DNA of 64,000 nucleotides, taken from Octopus vulgaris (Eukaryota). The stretch is from positions 97,030,001-97,094,000 of the forward strand of contig OX597816.1 of assembly GCA_951406725.2 (NCBI GenBank), read 5' to 3'. The translations under genes and the position numbers were made by a program. Numbering within the stretch: position 1 is the first letter of the stretch; the number at the start of each line of letters is the position of its first letter. Positions 44,715 through 56,860 of this stretch are shown one piece after another. The notes beneath the pieces are model-generated. The model was given only the letters and a program-made list of their open reading frames with translations. It was not told the origin of the DNA and searched no databases.

Positions 44715-44875
44715 GCTTGAAATATTTCTACGTTTTCATGCACTCTTGTTGCTGGAAACTCTCCAGAAAAGAGCAAAATAGACTGATTCGTATACTCCCA
44801 ATATAATCGGTTGGAGGTACAGTGAAAATTTGTAAAACATCCCAGATATTTCCCAGTCGGGATTCTTGGGTGAAC
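44715..44875 (+). mobile_element. Diverged R4/Dong-like C-terminal fragment
   Basis: CTGATTCGTATACT..GGAGGTACAGTGAAAATTTGTAAAACAT resembles 37298-37358. Confidence 0.5.
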
Positions 44876-44963
44876 ATATGCCCACATATAGATATAGAAT
44901 ACACACATGCATACACATAGAGTAATGAAGTACGCACACATACAGACACGCACACACACACAT

Positions 44964-45000
<37 letters not shown>

Positions 45001-45453
45001 ACATATACAAGCACATACACACACACGACACACAGTATGTACGAATGTATTTCGCAAAATCACTACACGATTGCAAATCTATCCACATGCCTCCACACGT
45101 ATGTATACACAAATAAATTTAGATAACCACAAACCTCAAGAGATGTCTAGACTTAAGTAAAAACAGCTTTCTCACATTGTTTGTGCGTAACAGATTCTCT
45201 AAAGGAAAAATTAAGTTAGTAAAATCCGAAGAAATGACGTTCATGTATATATAGGCAAACACGATACACGAAAATTCTGAATGTTTACGATTTCAAAAAT
45301 AAAACACATGTGTGTGGAAGTGTGTGTATGTGTATGTGCGTGTGTATCCGTGCGTATTCATATAAGTATATCATATTTACAGATAAATTCCACTATTTAC
45401 ATAATATCGAGGTCTCTTTCATTCTTTTGTTGTCTTACCATTTCTATCAATAC

Positions 45454-45488
<35 letters not shown>

Positions 45489-45568
45489 ATAATAAATATT
45501 AGGGAATGAATCCAAAATTACAGGGAAAAATCAGATTTAGGGTTAAATCCAATTTTATAGTAAAATAT

Positions 45569-45902
45569 TATATAATATAATTCGAGACAAAACCACTATT
45601 TTAAAACCAAACAAGGAAAGACTTAATCAATACATAAAATTTTAATATAAATTAAATAAACCGCCACTACAAATGTTTCATGTCTGCTACCGACAATCTT
45701 CAGGTGGATTTTCGATCTTCTAATCAGTATCAAATTTTGAATCAAAATTTGATACTGATTAGAAGATCGAAAATCCACCTGAAGATTGTCGGTAGCAGAC
45801 ATGAAACATTTGTAGTGGCGGTTTATTTAATTTATATTAAAATTTTATGTATTGATTAAGTCTTTCCTTGTTTGGTTTTATAATAGTGGTTTTGTCTCGA
45901 AT

Positions 45903-45913
<11 letters not shown>
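45569..45913. repeat. Near-perfect 345-bp palindrome centred at 45741 within (TA)n
   Basis: ~172-bp arms, one mismatch seen, 1-nt spacer; the left arm continues unpaired to ~45488. Confidence 0.95.
45775..45818 (+). ncRNA. Type I hammerhead ribozyme (mirror copy on minus strand at 45664-45707)
   Basis: CCAC-CTGAAGA-t-TGTC-ggtagca-GACA-t-GAAA-C-ATTT-G-TA^GTGG; predicted cleavage after 45814. Confidence 0.8.
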
Positions 45914-45959
<46 letters not shown>

Positions 45960-46005
45960 AATATATACATATATATACATACATGCATATACATACATAC
46001 ATACA

Positions 46006-46086
<81 letters not shown>

Positions 46087-46101
46087 GTATACATAGTTCG
46101 A

Positions 46102-46132
<31 letters not shown>

Positions 46133-46147
46133 CATATACATAGTTCG

Positions 46148-46340
46148 AATTTACAGAAAACAAAAGACAAAGAGAGGTGAAAGAACAACCAGCAGATGTA
46201 TTAGTTTGACGCTCGTGAAGAATGGGAAAGTCTTTGAAGTTTCGACCCTACGCTCACCGACTAAAAGTATTGAGAAGAAAAAAAAGAAGAAATGGTGAGA
46301 GAACGTAAAAAAAGAAAAATGTGTAAGGATTAACAGTTTA
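46148..46340 (-). mobile_element. Penelope-type terminal remnant with degenerate hammerhead core
   Basis: Minus GGTGA-gcgtagggtc-GAAACTTC; begins at (TA)n; the same start AGTTCRAATTTRCAGAAAACAAAA recurs at ~61363. Confidence 0.35.
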
Positions 46341-46406
46341 ACGTGATACACACATGCACATACATACACACACACGTATATATATATATATATATATATA
46401 AATATA

Positions 46407-46819
46407 GGCGCAGGAGTGGCTGTGTGTGGTAAGTAGCTTGCTTACCAACCACATGGTCCCGGGTTCAGTCCCACTGCGTGGCACCTTGGGCAAGTGTCTT
46501 CTGCTATAGCCTCGGGCCGACCAAAGCCTTGTGAGTGGATTTGGTAGACGGAAACTGAAAGAAGCCCGTCGTATATATGTATATATATATGCGTGTGTGT
46601 GTTTGTGTGTCTGTGTCTGACCCCTAGCATTGCATGACAACCGATGCTGGTGTGTTTATGTCCCCGTTACCTAGCGGTTCGGCAAAAGAGACCGATAGAA
46701 TAAGTACTGGGCTTACAAAAGAATAAGTCCCGGGGTCGAGTTGCTCGATTAAAGGCGGTGCTCCAGCACGGCCGCAGTCAAATGACTGAAACAAGTAAAA
46801 GAGTAAAAGAGTAAAGAGT
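46407..46819 (+). mobile_element. Full-length tRNA-derived SINE family A
   Basis: A box TGGCTGTGTGTGG, B box GGTTCAGTCCC, CCTTGGGCAAGTGTCTT core, (AAGAGTA)n tail; at least five further copies in the window. Confidence 0.9.
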
Positions 46820-47999
46820 ATATATATATAGAAAACTGAGAATGTCTGTCTGTCTGTCTGTCTGTGTGTTTCCCTAAAACTTGAGAACTACACAACCAAT
46901 TTCACTCAAATTTTACACAGACCTTACTTAGGGTCCGGGGAGTGTCACCGGCAAAAACTTTTATAACTTTTTGCCTAGGGCGAGCCCACAACAATATCAT
47001 ATCTTCTCCAATACGATTCCCTAAAACTTGAGAACTACATAACCAATTTCATTCAAATTTTACACATGCCTTACTTAGGGTCCATGTAGTTTCATGGGCA
47101 AAAAAAATGTTCAACTTCTTGCCTAGAGCGAGCCCATAGCAATATCATATCTTTCCCACTATTTCAGTATTACGTGTTAAAAGTGAAACAAGAAAGTTTC
47201 TCTATTTTATGTCAGATACCTTCACTTTAACAATAAAAATAATAATAACAATTGAATTATATGTAGTAAGTAATAATTAAAATCAAACTAAAGTATAATA
47301 TAATCGTAACATAACAAAAGTAAAAATAGCAATTGGTATAAAATTGTATCACTGACTTGAACTTGAATAAGTGGCTTCACATGAATGGGAATAAATTAAA
47401 AATAAAATTAGCGTGCAGAAATGGAATAGTTCAGATGGATAATAAAAAATTAAATTAAAGAAAAGACTATTGTCTATAAAGTATACAATGTAGAGAAAAA
47501 AGAAGATTTGAACACCTGAAGGAAAGCACCTTCGAAAAGTGTCTTGGTGCGACTATGAAAGATATCTAACCAGAGGCGGTAAATTCGCCACATTAGAAGC
47601 AAGGTTCGAGTCAACGGAGCGTGCAAGGGAGTACTCGACTCGAAATTGCAAAGTGGAAATATTTTATTTTTACCTTTATATCTGGGACGTAGGATGTGCC
47701 GGATAAAAATTTAAAATGTCATCCCCCAGTAGTAGAGGTAGGCTGGATTGTAGCCACACTTCTATACAAGAGAGAGGGCAAGATACAATTGATCGAAATT
47801 GCAAGAGACGGGCTTACAATTCCAGTTTGTTATATATTTTGAGTTTTGTTATCACTAGCGATATCAAGATATAACTTTGTAGTTTGTATTTTATGTGTAG
47901 ATGTATATAAATAGATTTACATGTAATATATTCATAAATATAAACACATATATACATGCACTAGCACTATGACTCGGCAACGACGGGTCATAATGCTAG
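46820..47999 (+). mobile_element. Non-autonomous Helitron, second family
   Basis: 5' TATATATAGAAAACTGAGAATG(TCTG)n head; internal ~147-bp tandem duplication (46870/47017); 3' hairpin TATGACTCG-gcaacga-CGGGTCATA then ATGCTAG|T. Confidence 0.75.
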
Positions 48000-48019
48000 T
48001 AAAGATTCATATATATATA

Positions 48020-48477
48020 TTATAATAAAAGGGCTGAGTAAATATATATATTATTATATATATATACTGAACTCATTAGAAATAGTAGCTATAAAAAATA
48101 TATTTTTTAAACTATTTGCCACATTTCTTAATAGCTTAAAAAAATTCTAATACTTAAAATCTCATATAGTGTTTGCTCAATTCAACTCACGAAAGTATGG
48201 GGGTAAAGACATTAAAAAATCAAATGCAAAGGTTATTTGAGAACGTACGTTTCAAGATTAGTCAACTCGACATTTCTATCATCAGCTCAGAACTCCTTGG
48301 TTTGGATTTGAAAACACTGAAAGTGGGAGCATACCCTTTCGGCTTCTTATAGCTTCTGAAGATCTGCTCGAAACTAACAGTGCCAGCACACCCAAAATAT
48401 GCAGGCGAAGAATTTCTGCTCTCCCCTTTCCACCACCGTGGGTTAAAATCAGTAAACACTATGGTTTTTCGGTAAAA
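48020..48477 (-). repeat. Inverted partial copy of the 560-bp unit (5' inversion), with minus-strand hammerhead at ~48228-48297
   Basis: 48160-48477 is the reverse complement of the unit; 48020-48160 is a scrambled version merging into TA repeats. Confidence 0.9.
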
Positions 48478-51400
48478 AGTGTTTTCAAATCCAAACCAAG
48501 GAGTTCTGAGCTGATGATAGAAATGTCGAGTTGACTAATCTTGAAACGTACGTTCTCAAATAACCTTTGCATTTGATTTTTTAATGTCTTTACCCCCATA
48601 CTTTCGTGAGTTGAATTGAGCAAACACTATATGAGAGAGATTTTCTTTAAGTATTAGAAATAGTTTTAAAAAAGTTTTTTTAGCTACTATTTCTAATGAG
48701 TTCAGTATGTGGCAAAGTAATTTATTTTACTAAGCCCTTTTATATAATGTAATAATTTGAATTCGCCTTAAATGGTCCCTTTACATACTGAACACTTGGT
48801 GAAATTGATTAATAATTAATTAATTTTACCCTCAATTGTTGAAATTATAATTCATCTCTCTCTATTTAATGTTTCGGATTTTACCGAAAAAGCATAGTGT
48901 TTACTGATTTTAACCCACGCTGGTGGAAAGGGGAGAGCAGAAATTCTTCGCTTGCATATTTTGGGTGTGCTGGCACTGTTAGTTTCGAGCAGATCTTCAG
49001 AAGCGATAAGAAGCCGAAAGGGTATGCTCCCACTTTCAGTGTTTTCAAATCCAAACCAAGGAGTTCTGAGCTGATGATAGAAATGTCGAGTTGACTAATC
49101 TTGAAACGTACGTTCTCAAATAACCTTTGCATTTGATTTTTTAATGTCTTTACCCCCATACTTTCGTGAGTTGAATTGAGCAAACACTATATGAGAGAGA
49201 TTTTCTTTAAGTATTAGAAATAGTTTTAAAAAAGTTTTTTTTAGCTACTATTTCTAATGAGTTCAGTATGTGGCAAAGTAATTTATTTTACTAAGCCCTT
49301 TTATATAATGTAATAATTTGAATTCGCCTTAAATGGTCCCTTTACATACTGAACACTTGGTGAAATTGATTAATAATTAATTAATTTTACCCTCAATTGT
49401 TGAAATTATAATTCATCTCTCTCTATTTAATGTTTCGGATTTTACCGAAAAAGCATAGTGTTTACTGATTTTAACCCACGCTGGTGGAAAGGGGAGAGCA
49501 GAAATTCTTCGCTTGCATATTTTGGGTGTGCTGGCACTGTTAGTTTCGAGCAGATCTTCAGAAGCGATAAGAAGCCGAAAGGGTATGCTCCCACTTTCAG
49601 TGTTTTCAAATCCAAACCAAGGAGTTCTGAGCTGATGATAGAAATGTCGAGTTGACTAATCTTGAAACGTACGTTCTCAAATAACCTTTGCATTTGATTT
49701 TTTAATGTCTTTACCCCCATACTTTCGTGAGTTGAATTGAGCAAACACTATATGAGAGAGATTTTCTTTAAGTATTAGAAATAGTTTTAAAAAAGTTTTT
49801 TTAGCTACTATTTCTAATGAGTTCAGTATGTGGCAAAGTAATTTATGTTACTAAGCCCTTTTATATAATGTAATAATTTGAATTCGCCTTAAATGGTCCC
49901 TTTACATACTGAACACTTGGTGAAATTGATTAATAATTAATTAATTTTACCCTCAATTGTTGAAATTATAATTCATCTCTCTCTATTTAATGTTTCGGAT
50001 TTTACCGAAAAAGCATAGTGTTTACTGATTTTAACCCACGCTGGTGGAAAGGGGAGAGCAGAAATTCTTCGCTTGCATATTTTGGGTGTGCTGGCACTGT
50101 TAGTTTCGAGCAGATCTTCAGAAGCGATAAGAAACCGAAAGGGTATGCTCCCACTTTCAGTGTTTTCAAATCCAAACCAAGGAGTTCTGAGCTGATGATA
50201 GAAATGTCGAGTTGACTAATCTTGAAACGTACGTTCTCAAATAACCTTTGCATTTGATTTTTTAATGTCTTTACCCCCATACTTTCGTGAGTTGAATTGA
50301 GCAAACACTATATGAGAGAGATTTTCTTTAAGTATTAGAAATAGTTTTAAAAAAGTTTTTTTAGCTACTATTTCTAATGAGTTCAGTATGTGGCAAAGTA
50401 ATTTATTTTACTAAGCCCTTTTATATAATGTAATAATTTGAATTCGCCTTAAATGGTCCCTTTACATACTGAACACTTGGTGAAATTGATTAATAATTAA
50501 TTAATTTTACCCTCAATTGTTGAAATTATAATTCATCTCTCTCTATTCAATGTTTCGGATTTTACCGAAAAAGCATAGTGTTTACTGATTTTAACCCACG
50601 CTGGTGGAAAGGGGAGAGCAGAAATTCTTCGCTTGCATATTTTGGGTGTGCTGTCACTGTTAGTTTCGAGCAGATCTTCAGAAGCGATAAGAAGCCGAAA
50701 GGGTATGCTCCCACTTTCAGTGTTTTCAAATCCAAACCAAGGAGTTCTGAGCTGATGATAGAAATGTCGAGTTGACTAATCTTGAAACGTACGTTCTCAA
50801 ATAACCTTTGCATTTGATTTTTTAATGTCTTTACCCCCATACTTTCGTGAGTTGAATTGAGCAAACACTATATGAGAGAGATTTTCTTTAAGTATTAGAA
50901 ATAGTTTTAAAAAGTTTTTTTAGCTACTATTTCTAATGAGTTCAGTATGTGGCAAAGTAATTTATTTTACTAAGCCCTTTTATATAATGTAATAATTTGA
51001 ATTCGCCTTAAATGGTCCCTTTACATACTGAACACTTGGTGAAATTGATTAATAATTAATTAATTTTACCCTCAATTGTTGAAATTATAATTCATCTCTC
51101 TCTATTTAATGTTTCGGATTTTACCGAAAAAGCATAGTGTTTACTGATTTTAACCCACGCTGGTGGAAAGGGGAGAGCAGAAATTCTTCGCTTGCATATT
51201 TTGGGTGTGCTGGCACTGTTAGTTTCGAGCAGATCTTCAGAAGCGATAAGAAGCCGAAAGGGTATGCTCCCACTTTCAGTGTTTTCAAATCCAAACCAAG
51301 GAGTTCTGAGCTGATGATAGAAATGTCGAGTTGACTAATCTTGAAACGTACGTTCTCAAATAACCTTTGCATTTGATTTTTTAATGTCTTTACCCCCATA

Positions 51401-54400
51401 CTTTCGTGAGTTGAATTGAGCAAACACTATATGAGAGAGATTTTCTTTAAGTATTAGAAATAGTTTTAAAAAAGTTTTTTTAGCTACTATTTCTAATGAG
51501 TTCAGTATGTGGCAAAGTAATTTATGTTACTAAGCCCTTTTATATAATGTAATAATTTGAATTCGCCTTAAATGGTCCCTTTACATACTGAACACTTGGT
51601 GAAATTGATTAATAATTAATTAATTTTACCCTCAATTGTTGAAATTATAATTCATCTCTCTCTATTCAATGTTTCGGATTTTACCGAAAAAGCATAGTGT
51701 TTACTGATTTTAACCCACGCTGGTGGAAAGGGGAGAGCAGAAATTCTTCGCTTGCATATTTTGGGTGTGCTGGCACTGTTAGTTTCGAGCAGATCTTCAG
51801 AAGCGATAAGAAGCCGAAAGGGTATGCTCCCACTTTCAGTGTTTTCAAATCCAAACCAAGGAGTTCTGAGCTGATGATAGAAATGTCGAGTTGACTAATC
51901 TTGAAACGTACGTTCTCAAATAACCTTTGCATTTGATTTTTTAATGTCTTTACCCCCATACTTTCGTGAGTTGAATTGAGCAAACACTATATGAGAGAGA
52001 TTTTCTTTAAGTATTAGAAATAGTTTAAAAAAAGTTTTTTTAGCTACTATTTCTAATGAGTTCAGTATGTGGCAAAGTAATTTATTTTACTAAGCCCTTT
52101 TATATAATGTAATAATTTGAATTCGCCTTAAATGGTCCCTTTACATACTGAACACTTGGTGAAATTGATTAATAATTAATTAATTTTACCCTCAATTGTT
52201 GAAATTATAATTCATCTCTCTCTATTCAATGTTTCGGATTTTACCGAAAAAGCATAGTGTTTACTGATTTTAACCCACGCTGGTGGAAAGGGGAGAGCAG
52301 AAATTCTTCGCTTGCATATTTTGGGTGTGCTGGCACTGTTAGTTTCGAGCAGATCTTCAGAAGCGATAAGAAGCCGAAAGGGTATGCTCCCACTTTCAGT
52401 GTTTTCAAATCCAAACCAAGGAGTTCTGAGCTGATGATAGAAATGTCGAGTTGACTAATCTTGAAACGTACGTTCTCAAATAACCTTTGCATTTGATTTT
52501 TTAATGTCTTTACCCCCATACTTTCGTGAGTTGAATTGAGCAAACACTATATGAGAGAGATTTTCTTTAAGTATTAGAAATAGTTTTAAAAAAGTTTTTT
52601 TAGCTACTATTTCTAATGAGTTCAGTATGTGGCAAAGTAATTTATTTTACTAAGCCCTTTTATATAATGTAATAATTTGAATTCGCCTTAAATGGTCCCT
52701 TTACATACTGAACACTTGGTGAAATTGATTAATAATTAATTAATTTTACCCTCAATTGTTGAAATTATAATTCATCTCTCTCTATTTAATGTTTCGGATT
52801 TTACCGAAAAAGCATAGTGTTTACTGATTTTAACCCACGCTGGTGGAAAGGGGAGAGCAGAAATTCTTCGCTTGCATATTTTGGGTGTGCTGGCACTGTT
52901 AGTTTCGAGCAGATCTTCAGAAGCGATAAGAAGCCGAAAGGGTATGCTCCCACTTTCAGTGTTTTCAAATCCAAACCAAGGAGTTCTGAGCTGATGATAG
53001 AAATGTCGAGTTGACTAATCTTGAAACGTACGTTCTCAAATAACCTTTGCATTTGATTTTTTAATGTCTTTACCCCCATACTTTCGTGAGTTGGATTGAG
53101 CAAACACTATATGAGAGAGATTTTCTTTAAGTATTAGAAATACTTTTAAAAAAGTTTTTTTTAGCTACTATTTCTAATGAGTTCAGTATGTGGCAAAGTA
53201 ATTTATGTTACTAAGCCCTTTTATATAATGTAATAATTTGAATTCGCCTTAAATGGTCCCTTTACATACTGAACACTTGGTGAAATTGATTAATAATTAA
53301 TTAATTTTACCCTCAATTGTTGAAATTATAATTCATCTCTCTCTATTTAATGTTTCGGATTTTACCGAAAAAGCATAGTGTTTACTGATTTTAACCCACG
53401 CTGGTGGAAAGGGGAGAGCAGAAATTCTTCGCTTGCATATTTTGGGTGTGCTGGCACTGTTAGTTTCGAGCAGATCTTCAGAAGCGATAAGAAACCGAAA
53501 GGGTATGCTCCCACTTTCAGTGTTTTCAAATCCAAACCAAGGAGTTCTGAGCTGATGATAGAAATGTCGAGTTGACTAATCTTGAAACGTACGTTCTCAA
53601 ATAACCTTTGCATTTGATTTTTTAATGTCTTTACCCCCATACTTTCGTGAGTTGAATTGAGCAAACACTATATGAGAGAGATTTTCTTTAAGTATTAGAA
53701 ATAGTTTAAAAAAAGTTTTTTTAGCTACTATTTCTAATGAGTTCAGTATGTGGCAAAGTAATTTATTTTACTAAGCCCTTTTATATAATGTAATAATTTG
53801 AATTCGCCTTAAATGGTCCCTTTACATACTGAACACTTGGTGAAATTGATTAATAATTAATTAATTTTACCCTCAATTGTTGAAATTATAATTCATCTCT
53901 CTCTATTCAATGTTTCGGATTTTACCGAAAAAGCATAGTGTTTACTGATTTTAACCCACGCTGGTGGAAAGGGGAGAGCAGAAATTCTTCGCTTGCATAT
54001 TTTGGGTGTGCTGGCACTGTTAGTTTCGAGCAGATCTTCAGAAGCGATAAGAAGCCGAAAGGGTATGCTCCCACTTTCAGTGTTTTCAAATCCAAACCAA
54101 GGAGTTCTGAGCTGATGATAGAAATGTCGAGTTGACTAATCTTGAAACGTACGTTCTCAAATAACCTTTGTATTTGATTTTTTAATGTCTTTACCCCCAT
54201 ACTTTCGTGAGTTGAATTGAGCAAACACTATATGAGAGAGATTTTCTTTAAGTATTAGAAATAGTTTAAAAAAAGTTTTTTTAGCTACTATTTCTAATGA
54301 GTTCAGTATGTGGCAAAGTAATTTATTTTACTAAGCCCTTTTATATAATGTAATAATTTGAATTCGCCTTAAATGGTCCCTTTACATACTGAACACTTGG

Positions 54401-56123
54401 TGAAATTGATTAATAATTAATTAATTTTACCCTCAATTGTTGAAATTATAATTCATCTCTCTCTATTTAATGTTTCGGATTTTACCGAAAAAGCATAGTG
54501 TTTACTGATTTTAACCCACGCTGGTGGAAAGGGGAGAGCAGAAATTCTTCGCTTGCATATTTTGGGTGTGCTGGCACTGTTAGTTTCGAGCAGATCTTCA
54601 GAAGCGATAAGAAGCCGAAAGGGTATGCTCCCACTTTCAGTGTTTTCAAATCCAAACCAAGGAGTTCTGAGCTGATGATAGAAATGTCGAGTTGACTAAT
54701 CTTGAAACGTACGTTCTCAAATAACCTTTGCATTTGATTTTTTAATGTCTTTACCCCCATACTTTCGTGAGTTGAATTGAGCAAACACTATATGAGAGAG
54801 ATTTTCTTTAAGTATTAGAAATAGTTTTAAAAAGTTTTTTTAGCTACTATTTCTAATGAGTTCAGTATGTGGCAAAGTAATTTATTTTACTAAGCCCTTT
54901 TATATAATGTAATAATTTGAATTCGCCTTAAATGGTCCCTTTACATACTGAACACTTGGTGAAATTGATTAATAATTAATTAATTTTACCCTCAATTGTT
55001 GAAATTATAATTCATCTCTCTCTATTTAATGTTTCGGATTTTACCGAAAAAGCATAGTGTTTACTGATTTTAACCCACGCTGGTGGAAAGGGGAGAGCAG
55101 AAATTCTTCGCTTGCATATTTTGGGTGTGCTGGCACTGTTAGTTTCGAGCAGATCTTCAGAAGCGATAAGAAACCGAAAGGGTATGCTCCCACTTTCAGT
55201 GTTTTCAAATCCAAACCAAGGAGTTCTGAGCTGATGATAGAAATGTCGAGTTGACTAATCTTGAAACGTACGTTCTCAAATAACCTTTGCATTTGATTTT
55301 TTAATGTCTTTACCCCCATACTTTCGTGAGTTGGATTGAGCAAACACTATATGAGAGAGATTTTCTTTAAGTATTAGAAATAGTTTTAAAAAAGTTTTTT
55401 TAGCTACTATTTCTAATGAGTTCAGTATGTGGCAAAGTAATTTATTTTACTAAGCCCTTTTATATAATGTAATAATTTGAATTCGCCTTAAATGGTCCCT
55501 TTACATACTGAACACTTGGTGAAATTGATTAATAATTAATTAATTTTACCCTCAATTGTTGAAATTATAATTCATCTCTCTCTATTTAATGTTTCGGATT
55601 TTACCGAAAAAGCATAGTGTTTACTGATTTTAACCCACGCTGGTGGAAAGGGGAGAGCAGAAATTCTTCGCTTGCATATTTTGGGTGTGCTGGCACTGTT
55701 AGTTTCGAGCAGATCTTCAGAAGCGATAAGAAGCCGAAAGGGTATGCTCCCACTTTCAGTGTTTTCAAATCCAAACCAAGGAGTTCTGAGCTGATGATAG
55801 AAATGTCGAGTTGACTAATCTTGAAACGTACGTTCTCAAATAACCTTTGCATTTGATTTTTTAATGTCTTTACCCCCATACTTTCGTGAGTTGAATTGAG
55901 CAAACACTATATGAGAGAGATTTTCTTTAAGTATTAGAAATAGTTTTAAAAAAGTTTTTTTTTAGCTACTATTTCTAATGAGTTCAGTATGTGGCAAAGT
56001 AATTTATTTTACTAAGCCCTTTTATATAATGTAATAATTTGAATTCGCCTTAAATGGTCCCTTTACATACTGAACACTTGGTGAAATTGATTAATAATTA
56101 ATTAATTTTACCCTCAATTGTTG

Positions 56124-56126
<3 letters not shown>
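48478..56126 (+). repeat. Tandem array of ~13.7 x 560-bp near-identical units, each with a hammerhead (retrozyme-like)
   Basis: Period 559-561 bp (marker ORF starts at 48897, 49458 ... 55617); only a few substitutions seen between units; ends in (TA)n. Confidence 0.97.
48498..48567 (+). ncRNA. Type I hammerhead ribozyme, first of 14 plus-strand copies (next CTGATGA at 49071)
   Basis: AAGG-agttc-TGAG-CTGATGA-t-AGA-aat-GTC-gagtt-GAC-taa-TCT-t-GAAA-C-GTAC-G-TT^CTCA-aataa-CCTT; palindromic AACGTACGTT stem III; predicted GUU cleavage after 48554. Confidence 0.75.
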
Positions 56127-56181
<55 letters not shown>

Positions 56182-56204
56182 TCTTTTTATTGTTACAGTC
56201 ATTA

Positions 56205-56412
56205 TGCTCTTTTCTACTCTAGGCAGAAGGCCAGAAATTTCTGGGAAGGGGCTAGTCAATTAGATCGACCCCAGTACGCAATTGGTACTTAATTTATCGA
56301 CCCCGAAAGGATTAAAGACGAAGTCGACCTCGGCGCGATTTGAAATCAGAACGTAAAGACAGACGAAATACCGCTACGCATTTCGCCCGGCGTGCTAACG
56401 TTTCTGCCAGTG
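56205..56412 (-). mobile_element. Nin-domain-like SINE
   Basis: Homologous to 4925-5140. Confidence 0.8.
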
Positions 56413-56414
56413 CA

Positions 56415-56860
56415 CCCAGTCTGTAGACTGCAGTCATCCTGGGGCACTGTGATGAAGTATTTTTATCCGGACGAATTGACCCTAGTATTTGTTTTATTTT
56501 TTTAAGTCTGGGATATATCCTATCCAACTCTTTTGCCGAACCACTTACCTTACGGCGACATAAACACTCCAACGCCTTTGGCCAAGTGGTGGTGGGGACA
56601 GACACAGACACAGACACAAAGGCACGCGCATGCGCGCACAAAAACACAGGCGCACAGAAACATACACATATACACAGACATGCACACATAAACACACACA
56701 CACACAAAGACACACACATATACATACGACGGGTTTCTTTCTGCTCACATCGACCATATCCTCTCACAAAGCTTTGATCAGCCCGAAACTATAGCCCTGG
56801 CACAGAGCCTAGAACCATTTGGCTTGGCAGGAAACTTGTCATTGGCCTACACCTGCACCT
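56415..56860 (-). mobile_element. SINE family A, diverged
   Basis: Reverse-complement similarity to 46407-46819. Confidence 0.7.

Noticed and set aside
48690-48740. CTAATGA...AAAGTAA..TTACTA as a third HHR in the 560-bp unit
   Set aside because: G5 and G12 are absent and no stem I forms.
48881-55903. Repeated 100-aa (-) and 65-aa (+) ORFs as a tandem gene family
   Set aside because: Non-ATG starts, no recognisable domain, no splice or polyA context; their conservation just reflects near-identical repeat units.
48478-56126. CRISPR array or 5S/snRNA gene cluster
   Set aside because: No unique spacers, eukaryotic context, and no 5S, tRNA or snRNA sequence recognised.
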